DNA of 64,000 bases from Bugula neritina (Eukaryota > Animalia > Bryozoa): the NCBI GenBank assembly GCA_964035545.1, contig OZ037768.1, positions 4,992,741-5,056,740 on the forward strand, given 5' to 3'. Shown here in pieces: positions 53,101 through 64,000 of the stretch (position 1 is the first letter of the stretch; every line of letters starts with the position of its first letter). The position numbers and the translations under genes were made by a program. The notes under the pieces are model-generated. The model was not told the origin of the DNA. It saw only the letters and a list, made by a program, of their open reading frames with translations, and searched no databases.

Positions 53101-56100
53101 AGCCTTTATTTTACAGAACATCTCAAAAAACACTCCTGGAAAATCACCTTACACACTTTCAAAAGAATTTTTTAAATTTATCAAAGCAGTAAGACAAATA
53201 TCAACTCTATTTTAACCAAATGTCTTGCACTGCAGGTTTTGAGGTTAAAACAATACCCAATGATGGGGAATAAGTAATTACTTTAAATTGGAAAATTTGT
53301 TGAATATTTTAAAAGCTATTCTATAAGAAAGTCAAGCTCCAAGTGTTGTGGTTGACTCCACTGTCTAGCTCTAAAACTCAAGCCCAGCTTAAAAGATAAA
53401 AGAACTGTAGATGGTATGTACTATAGTAAGGCAACAGTTGAAATTTATGTGAATAAATATTTTCAATAAAATCATCTTTGCATAATTTTAAAGGGGCTAT
53501 GTTTAAAATTTTCAGTAGCTGTCTATTGGGTAATTTACAATATACTTCTAGTTAATGTAGCGTCAAAGAATTTTTACAACATTTCATGGTAAATTAAAAA
53601 CTCATTTAAACTTACATAATGTCAATACTTTTTGTCTCATTTCCAACAAAAAATTATAGACTATTATGTAACATAACATCATTTTTGTCGAGATTACAGC
53701 ACTTGAGAAGAAACAAGATTAGACTAATCTCATGCGTGTTGACAACTCCCATCTCTAAATGAGAAGAGATTGCATGAGATACACTCTAAAAGCTCTTGAA
53801 AATACATACCATGCAAGAGAGGGAGCTCTAATAAAACAGCTTTAAAACATGCCAGCTAACGAGTGGAATAAGCTACCTGTACCCTCCAGGAATTCTCCCG
53901 TAGCGGCCGTTTCCTCAACTCTGTTGCTTATGAAGTGAGCAAACCTGAGGTCTTCAGTGGTCAACTGCAGCTGCTTCTGCAGCTCCTTGTCCATGATGAC
54001 TATACCTGCTGGCTCATCCTTCACAAATCATTCATAAAACTTTTAAACCAAAATACAAATAAAGATACACTTACAGCTTTCACGTTCGTACTATTTAATT
54101 ATTGCAATAATTTCATGCAAATAATTAGCTATATTTTAAATTTATATTGCAGTAACATAGCATGCAATGCAAAATAATATTCAATATAAATATTATTTGA
54201 AAGGGAAGATTATCCTTGTTTGGTAGATACATATGGTATGTACACATCATCATGCTATACATTGCATTAGATGATATTATGAGTAATAACTTTCATTTAT
54301 AATAAAATTATCAGAAACACGGAAATGCCTCATACATCAGCAAAGCAACTGAGAGGAAATCATGCAAAAAGAACTGAAAAAGAACAAGCTATTTTAAATA
54401 AGAAAGAGAAACATTGTTAGCAGTGCAATCAGCTGTGAGTTTTACAAAAAAAAAGGGGAAAGTTTGTGTTTAATCAACAAAATCAACATTAGTTACAACC
54501 CAAGTGAGAAGTACATTATGGTGGTGTGGTTATAAGGACATTTTTTTTTCAGAAACCAAAGCTAATCGGGCATGCCTATCATGCCCAGTTTACAATATTA
54601 AAGGAACAATCACAATTAGTAATCCACCAGAAGTGGTGGCACAGGGCAGATTTACTAATGATATTTAAATTTGATTCTAGATCAGCATACTGTTCATACC
54701 TTTTTCACATTTGGAGATTTCTAGAAAAAATGGGCAGAATTATGGGTTTGCAATCACTTGCAATGCATGAAGAAATAGTGGATGAGATCTGTTGACAAGT
54801 TTTAGTATAATAAACAGATTTACTGTAAGCAGGATTAGAGGGAGAGAGTGGTTGGTGAATGTGACTCTATAACACATATCTCTGCACATTAAAGATATTA
54901 AGCTGAAACATGCCAGGTGTTTTATCTATAAATGCAGTGTTTTTGGAATCAAAATATGAATTTCTATTGAATATGAAGTGTAAAGCTTATATAAATTCCC
55001 TGACATAAAACTCATACCAAGAAAACATACAACTAAGTCGCCAGTCACATGCTACATTTTGCAAATGACGACTAAGATATATGGAATGATATTTCTGAAT
55101 CAATTAGTTTTTGTGGTTGACTTATCCACCAGGAAACATAGATAGTGAAATTTTTCTAAATATTGCCGGAAGGGATTACCTTATGTTTAATCATTTAGCA
55201 GAAAAGTGTGAGAATTTTTTTTCTGTTTCAAAAAAATAAATTTTTTAGATAATATTTTGAATATACAGCTTATTAATTTGGTTCATCTCTAGTGACAACA
55301 ATTAATAAGTTAATGAGTCCCACAATCTTTTGGCACACCACAAGGTACAGGTGTTGAGCAAAATACTTTCATAACTCAAACTTTAAGCCCACACAGTTTA
55401 GCCAAAGGGAGAGATAACATCTTGAATTATATAAATTAAAGTTGTTTAGGAGTGAGGAGGTTGGGAGATTCAGCTGCAGCCTTCTTCCTGTAGAAATACA
55501 TGGTTGAATAGACCAGCCAGCCTCCACCCATTTAATAGACCTTTCATTCACAAATATAAATCAGCCAAACAATGAGAAATTATTTCCAATGAATATGCAT
55601 TCACCCCCTTAAAAATGACTGCAATTTTCATTCCATCTAGAGGAGGCCTATTCATATTTGAAACATCACAAGGGTAAAGTATGCGGCACCCTTCAACCAC
55701 TGGAGTGCCTCTGAAAAACAGACTGGTTGAGTGGCTAAGATGCAATAGGAAGAAAATATTTGGTAGTTTCTAAAGCCCATTACATACTATTAGCCAAATT
55801 GATAATAACTGACAGTATTTCCCTGTTTAACTGTAATTAGCAATAAAATATTAAGATTACCCCAGCTATATGATTAGATGAATTAATATTATAATCTGCA
55901 ATACATTGACTCAAACATAGCATATTATTATATTAAAATAATAAGATTACCTTTGACAAGGATGCTGCAGTCTACGTAAGACTACGTGTTTACTATTGAG
56001 CCTATGTGCCCACGTGAGAGATATTATAACTCATCATCATTACATACACAACTTAGGAGATAATATTTTTTATTTAGCTTATTAATAAATATTTCTTGCC

Positions 56101-59100
56101 TATGACTTAGCTAAAAGAATATATAATGGATCATGGCTGGCTGTTCGAGAATTCAAAGTTGCAAGTTTTCAACATCTTGCAGTTTCAAAACATTTATAAC
56201 AAATAATATGCTAGAAAACAGCTACAAAAACATAACACTGTTGTATAACAGAACGAGTGTTACCAAGAATGTTATATGGAAAAATTTAGCGAAAAGAGAA
56301 AAAACTTGATAAAAACAAAATATTTGCAATTATTTGTAATATTGGTAAATAATTACAGCAATTGCAATAACTAAATACCTAAATTAAGACTGTAAGATGG
56401 AAATATTGCCGATTTGTTGTCAACCTTATTGCAAAAAACTTTTGAATGAATAACAAATGAACAATCACTGGCTTGAATTGCAGGAAATTGTAGATAAGTT
56501 GTATAGGTAAGTTTACTAAATATTATCAACTTACTTCCACCAAGACATCAATGTTTTGCTTCTTCTGTTTGAATAAAACGTTTGAAGCCCCAATGACAAA
56601 ACTTCTAATGTTGATATCTTCTAATATGTCATAATATGACAGAGAGAGGTACGGGTGGCAAACGGAACCCTGGCACACAAACATTGTAAAATATGACATT
56701 AATCAGGAAATAAAAAAGTACATCTAAAATCATCATCGATGAACTTTTGTACAGAGATTCACACCTCAGACAGAATATATATAATTATGATAACGTCTGA
56801 GTCTACCTCTTTTTCACTCCAGTTTAATAAATTACTCTTTTAATTAGTGTTACAAAGACAAGATGATAATAATAATTTATGAGGCATTAACTATCTATTA
56901 TATAATACATACTTATATAATATATATGGAGCTTTGTATATTTTTTAATTAGCAGTAGAGATTAAAAGTCTATTCATGAAAGGTTATATAATTTCAACTT
57001 GCTCTATAGACTGCCATGTATAGCAAATGACAATCTGGCATTTTACAAGGCAAGCACCTGCAGCTGGTGCTCATGTCTACACGCCTACTGCCATCTTTCA
57101 GTTTATAATTAAACTCATAAAAATTATGCAAACATCCATCTTGAAAGTGCGAAAATTAATAATAATATTATAGAGGTTGAGGATTATTTTAAAATGATGT
57201 AAATTATGGATAATTCGAAACTAAACAGATTAAAAACTATTTATTCTCTTTGTTCGATATACCTTTGAAGAATGCAAGTTTATATAAAATGTAAATGTGC
57301 ACAGCAACATAATCTCCTATTATAATTTAACTAAAGCCACTGTGTATTGAATTTCAGACCCCTGGTAGGGCAGATACCTATAATCCCCCCAATCCTTCTC
57401 ATACCGCAGACTATTCAAAGAATGCTTATAAAGAATAAAAACCCTCCACATTCTTTTACCTAAACTGCCATATTCTAGAGACTTCCAGAAGTAAATGATA
57501 TCTTAAATTCAAGTACTTCAACACTTTTTATGGTCATTTTGGTGGCAACAGAGTTCTATTTGAAAATTACATTGATTCTAATTGAAAAGTTATTTTTTCC
57601 AACAGGCATATCCTATATGAAACTATATTCAACCATGGAATCTCTCTGAAGACTAGAGAGCTTGTAGGTGCAGAGTTGTACTGGTAAGCTGAAACCGAAA
57701 TTGAGAAATTTAAACCTGAAACAATATAGAATTTATGAGCCAACATTTGTTTATCAATTTCAAAGAGGAAATGTTGAACATGTTCCAGCAGAAACATCGA
57801 TTGTCTGATACTCCCTAATTAATGTCTCACTCAGAACACCAAAACCTTAGATAAATCGTAATAAAACCTGTCATACACTAATTAACACAAGCAACTTATC
57901 ATTAGCTAGTCTAAACAACAACAAAATTTCAACAACCTTTCTTTAGTTCAAATGAACTTATTTTCAACTAAAAAGTCATTTTTTGAAGATCTAATATCCA
58001 TTAGAAGCTGATAGTAACTGTAATACCTTGGTAAAAATAGCGAGTGGAAGGCCAGCTTTGTCAATAGTTATACTGGTTGGAGAGAGAATGGGTACCACCT
58101 CAACCTTCTTCTTAGCCTGTGATATGTCAATGGTAAGTGACTTCCTCTCTGTTTGGACCAGAGGCTCTGTGAGAGAAAGATCTTGGTTCTCTCCATCGGT
58201 CAGAGCAAGAGTACGAGACTGAGATATAAATGACAATACTGTTATCACTCAGAATACAATATTATATAATATTATAATATAATATTATATTATAATATTA
58301 TATGTTTTGGTGTGATTTTTATTAACAATAAAATCAGATGGATAATATTTAAATAATTATCTCTACATTTTTCATCCATTAACATCAGTATGGGAGTAAA
58401 TATCTTTAGCATTACAAGGGAACAGATAGTGTATATACTAAGCAGTAGATATGATAGGTGCCAGTATTAATACCACTTAGAGAGAATCTATTTACGTCAG
58501 TTTGCAAGCGATTTCCAAATAATCCGACTAAGATATAGTGAGTGGGCACTGAGCAGGCCTACACACCCTAGAGCTGCTCCAGATGTAGTTCTCTTGATCT
58601 TCTAGATCTATTTGGTAGAGAGCATCAGCAGAATCTAGTTCTAAAGCACTACAATCCACTTCACCAGCAGCCAAATATGCATGGTTTTTTATAGATTCCG
58701 CCTACAAAAAATAGCAAGTCATTATCTGCCCCTGATTATGACCATCAGCCATCTGTTCCTGTAGTAGTTTATTTTGACAAACGTGTCAAAAATAGTGCTA
58801 AGGTTTGTTAATATTAAATTAATGACTTTCTAATAGTCCAGTTAATAAACAAAATAGTAATGCCTACGAAAATGCCAAATTGTTATTTCGTAGCAAGTGC
58901 CAAAACTTCCAATGAAAAATACCATGTCTTAACTATTACAAGCATTTCCTGCCACGAAAAAAACACATTCGAAATCCAAGTCATAAAACATGGGAAGAAA
59001 TAAGCCCCTTTTTAGAAAAACCTGCCTCAGCCTACCTGAGCTTTTCCCACATCCCCAGCTTCTAGGGAGCACAGTTCCCCGCCAGTGGATCTGTTTGGAG

Positions 59101-62100
59101 CAGCTGGTAATGATGAGTCAGCTGAAGGCAGCATAGAGCTAGCTAAGTCAGCGGGCTCACTCAGTGCAGATGAACTTTCTACAGACGTATCAGCTGATAA
59201 TTGGAGCTGCTTCAATTCACTATGACTAACTTCTACAAACGGTTCTTCGTCAAATTTCTCTTTCTTCAAGGGTGTAGTTGGTGTTAGAATGGGTGTTTTA
59301 GTAGGCTGCACACTTTCTACCAAACCCAACTCCAGTAGACCTAAAAAGCACCAATTAACAAATCTCTCCCCATTTTATAAACATTCTGTACATCATATAC
59401 ATAATATGCTGAAGTTTACTAAAGCCTATCAAAACACGCTGATAATAATTGTGTTTGTTATCATTATGCAGGAAGCCTGCAGTGAAGGTTCGGAGACAAC
59501 TTGTTTATTTGTTATGTAAATATAACATTACAGAAATATTATTGCAAGTTTAAAAGTGTGCTGTAAGTGTTTTTGTTGTGTTTGCAACAATCTTGGCATT
59601 GCTATCAGTAGAAGAGGTAACAGAAAGCCATGTTGGTGTTTGTTGTGTGGGTTGGCAAATACCAGCTATCCGTGTTGACATGCAGGCTGCAATTTAATAT
59701 AAATGCAATGGAATAATCATATTCGATAACATAGTATTAGGGTAAAGAAAACCTGTCATAAATACATGTGGTATACATTAAATCACTGTTGAAGATGCAG
59801 AGACAAATTTCAATGTGTTTAGTAAGTAATGAAGGAAACAATAGGATAATAGTGTAATAGCCATTAGCAGTCTTTTCCAAACTGATACATATATATCTAT
59901 TGAGATTCCGGTGCATCCACTACCTTGTTGTTGAAATACAAACAACTGCCATTAATTATTAATAAGTAATAGCTGTTGAACTGTATGACTAATGCAATTG
60001 TTGTCATGTTGATTTCACAACACCCGGTCAAGGAGCACTCAGTTCCATTGCCCCGATTGTGCAATATTCTAAGGCCAAGTTAGCAACTAGGAAATACAAC
60101 AATAAACCATTTGTATTTATCTTTTTAGGAACCAGTGAAATTTTAAATGTATATAATACTAATATATTACACATCCAAGATAAAGCATCATTTTCCGCTG
60201 AGTAGGCAAAAGCTATTTATATCATTACGATTTGGTGGCACTAATTATGACACGTTCAGGTATCCACTGAGTCACCAGGCAGCAATGCATAAACAAATGA
60301 ATGGCCATTGCTTATTCAACACTAGTTACTATTTCTTTATCTTGATATGAGCAATTTAGTTATCAATACAGCTGGAAAATTTTTGTAGTTGCTAAGAGGC
60401 ACGAGTAACAGCTGGTCATTCAAAGTAAGGAAGTATGCAAGATGGAAAAAGCATTGTTGATAATTTGGCAAATTTCAAAGGAAACAAATTCTTGGAGTAT
60501 TATAAGGGCAAAGTACACAGTAGGTTGGTTATGAAATACTATATAATGTATGGTTATTAGCAAGCCCTGCGGGCTCCATTATTATCTTAACAGAATATTA
60601 CAATGAGAATGGACAATTCCGCAGAAAATTACCCAAATTTTTATTCGATTTTATTAAAACCACCAGAGAATTTATTATAATCCAACAAGGGAGAATTTTA
60701 ATGAAATATGGCCAAGCTTAAAACCTTTTGACACCTGCACAAGTATAAATAGCAATTTAGAATTAAAATACCAATAACTATGATAGCTTAAAATGTAGCC
60801 ATATTCCAATGACTATTATTTAAGGGATTATAATTAATAAATGGTCATAACAAACAAACCTGGCACTTTTAGATAACTCAGAAGAATTATGCCTGAAATA
60901 ATTTTAGGTTTCAACAATGAGAAATTTTATGACAAAGACCCACATGTGGAAGGCAAGAAAATTGTAACAATAGTATTGACGACAGCGTTGAATAATTTTA
61001 ATAGAAAGTTGAAAATGAAATCTCTTTGTCCATTCAAGAGTGAGAAAAGCAATGAATGTGCCTGTGCATGTTTGTGTCTGTTTACACTTGACACGCGTAT
61101 GTAACCAAACAGTTCATACTATAAGATATATTTAGATTTGTGTACTGGTTTCCCCTAAAAATTGTTGTGGGAAACACAACATACATGTGTACATATTCTT
61201 CAACACAAATATGTGTAGCATTATCATAGCTGGGTTGATAGAGTAACATTATGACATCAAACTGGCAATAATCATGGTAAGAAATCCTAAGAATCTACTT
61301 GCTACACTATAGCACCACATTCATTTCAAAATACATCCCTATTTGATAAACAAAGCACATTTTTCCGGAAAAACGTACCAATTACAAAACAAAAATGGAC
61401 ACATAGGCAGATAAGTAATTAACTAAAAATAACATAAATTACTAATTACTGTTGTAAGTGTTTTGATATATCTGCTAGTGTGTAAGATAATAGAAGTGTG
61501 AGTATGATATTATTCAACATTGTATGATATTACATAAACCACTTACCGGGAAATAATGACAAGAGAGAGAGTATTACATTGCACAGATCCGACACCGGAG
61601 TCATAAAAAATATCGTCTAAAATCATGAAAATCAGTCATAGAATTTGTTTGAGGCACATATATTCACCCCAAAAGTTGTGTGCTCATCACATTTGTATAA
61701 TCAAACAAAATAATGGAGGTTGTTGGACCAGTTTGGCACGTTGCCTAAAGGAAGTCTACTAAAGAAGGGCCTATTCTGGTTCCGAAAGAGGAACTCTTTT
61801 GAGAAAATTAGAGAGCTGGTGTAATCTTCTCCAGCAAATGATAAGAAAGTTAATCATAACATGTGTTTGGCACCAGGAACTGTAAACAGTACACAGCAAT
61901 CTCCATCATAAGACAGCCCAGGCAGATCACATGCAATGTTATATGACCATGAATAAGTCACCATCCACTATCTATATCTAATTATGTTTTCTTTAAGCGT
62001 TATCCTTTCAACAACACATTTTATCAAGAAAGTTTGAGATAAGTTAGCCCATTTACAATGTTGACTCTTTGCATTATTTCATTAAATTAAATTAATGTAT

Positions 62101-63550
62101 CAGAATTTGACTCAAAGTTGACCCGCCAAAGTGTTGCTAAAAGTTAAGCCTCCATGGGAAATCTTTAATCCTGCCACGCATGTAAACAAAGCAGTAAAAA
62201 TATGGATTAAAGTTGTACACAATTATTTCTAATTGAAATTAAAGTTCAAAAATATAGTAAGGAGTTGATCTGCTTATATCCTTTAGTAGGCCACGAAAGT
62301 TAGCTAACCTCACTATATTACCATAACGGCCACTAAATAGCTACACTCAGGGTGATAATAGGTCAGTATCCTAGTGTTTTGTTAAATATATGTATCTCAG
62401 CTCATGGAAGATGTTTAGATAGCCGCAATACAGTAGACCTCAAGGGTCAAAAACAAGTTACTCCAACATTGTCATATTCTTCCAACCACACACTGTCATA
62501 TTCTTCAGACAGTTGACAAAATAATCCTTTCACTAATATAATAAATAGATAAATGGACAGGCAGGGAATTTTATCTTTCATCAAAAAGACTAAAATATGA
62601 ATCTATTATAAATTAATATGATATATAATATATATAATATACACATATATATATTATATATATAAATAAATATATATTTATATAATATACGTATAACTAC
62701 CAAATTAATATTAATAATTGCTTACATAATCTAAATAAAAAATATTTTTATCAAGAAGAAGCCTAAGTATGTTACACTGAGGTGTGGTAGTAACTTGTTA
62801 TTATAACTTTCATATTCTAAATAGTCAATTAGAAAGACAACTTCAAATTAGTGTATTGCAAAAATTAATGATCATTATGAGAAGTTTTAGGCATTCTTAA
62901 GAAATATGAAGCAAAACAAAATAACTCATTTTCACACAAATAACAAGCAAACCTTACCTTTCTTTCCAACATGATAAGCTTAAACAGCACGAGTATTTTA
63001 TATTTATATAGCTTCACAACTTCATGGAGTTGCAAACCTGAAAATAATACAATAGTCTGAGTGAATAGCTTGCAGACCTAGAAGTATATGAAGTTAGATT
63101 ACCTACAAATACATATTGACACACAATATGAACTAATCTAAATGGTCAATAAACGTTTCCCAAACAATCTAGATCTAGGAAATTACAAAACAATAGAGAA
63201 ATTATCAAAAATAGATAAAAAAACATCATAGCAAAAAAGTTCCCATAACTTATAGGTTAACTAAATAACAAATCAAGCTGTTCGACAAATAACCACTTGA
63301 ATTATTTAACAGTGATTTTTGTAGGTAAACACTATTTAGCACTGATCCCTACAAGATAATGAGTGTGACGCGCTCATGCACAGTGATATGATGTACCCAT
63401 TGTGGCTTGCGATTCACTGGAGAGAGAACCCAGGCTAAGAGAAAGGCTGTTGAAAGCATCCTTCAGCAAATCCAGCTGAGTGAAGTCTTTCTGCTCAAAC
63501 CAGGCATGAGTAACAAGCTCGAGCTTGGCAGCAACAGCACCAAAACATGG
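50171..63550 (-). CDS. AVL9: Late secretory pathway protein AVL9 homolog (DENN-related), 5'-partial; upstream exons lie beyond the window end
   Basis: Minus-strand exons 63550-63397, 63037-62958, 61616-61547, 59340-59036, 58701-58567, 58218-58027, 56669-56535, 54018-53877, 51980-51900, 51138-51027, 50733-50680, 50451-50396, 50268-50171 in phase. Motifs AKLELVTHAWFEQKDF, KILVLFKLIMLERK, GLPLAIFTKGSVCHPYLSL, FVIGASNVLFKQ, TTEDLRFA, WEGGDEWIRAQF, AWKSTHNYKVW, SERGRKI, GGALTSAKSFVSSW. Confidence 0.94.
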
Positions 63551-63790
63551 CTGAAATAACATCACAGTGAAAAGTTGAATCACAATGACGTTTCACATTA
63601 AATTTGACAAATATGATATGAAAATACTGTCAACTTTGACAAAATATGTACAATGAAAAAGTTATAAAAAATACAATCATAGCTTGCTTAAATGCTATAT
63701 TAATTTAGTAAAAAATTAACCTAATTATATCATACTTGAGCAAAATTATAAGTGTCGAAACAATATATATGTATTTAACAGATATGTTGT

Positions 63791-63818
<28 letters not shown>
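63791..63818. repeat. (TA)n microsatellite
   Basis: About 14 TA units. Confidence 0.9.
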
Positions 63819-63821
<3 letters not shown>

Positions 63822-64000
63822 GAGCCAGCAACAACGCGACACACCCGAGTATCACACCATGCCACTGTCCATTATTTATACAAATACATTCTTATTGTGT
63901 CACGATATGTTATGCTGCCTAGCTATCATCACGGCGTCACAGTATAAATATTCACATATTATTTTAACTTAGCAAAAAGCCTAAAAAACAATGCCATGAC

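Noticed and set aside
53727-53780. Inverted repeat ATCTCATGC...GCATGAGAT as a possible pre-miRNA
   Set aside because: The stem is only about 9 bp with a poorly paired interior; too weak to call.
55369-55745. Two short minus-strand ORFs in an AVL9 intron, possible nested gene or extra exon
   Set aside because: AVL9 exons on either side already join in frame and match the family; the peptides resemble nothing I recognise.

Overview
AT-rich, intron-containing eukaryotic DNA with GT-AG introns, most consistent with a compact invertebrate animal genome; the species cannot be named from sequence. Manual splicing gives six protein-coding genes: a Yippee-like gene (+, 4894-6887), a CARD-caspase lacking its catalytic Cys (-, 8236-10888), KMT2E/SETD5/UpSET (+, 16701-30094), a CYP7-clan cytochrome P450 with a shortened heme-ligand loop (+, 33326-35319), PRPF19 (+, 40702-48876) and the 3' part of AVL9 (-, 50171-63550). 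Most short ORFs in the supplied track are exon fragments, antisense shadows or repeat artefacts. Main points of interest: (1) a degenerate hexamer-periodic DNA (A-[CGT]-T-N-N-N) in the promoter-proximal first intron of four genes, with an exact 19-mer shared between two of them, but absent at the TATA-type CYP promoter; (2) the intact CARD pseudo-caspase, apparently on a bidirectional promoter with KMT2E; (3) the altered P450 heme loop and I-helix; (4) a minisatellite built from copies of a PRPF19 3' splice site. All exon structures are manual predictions without transcript data.
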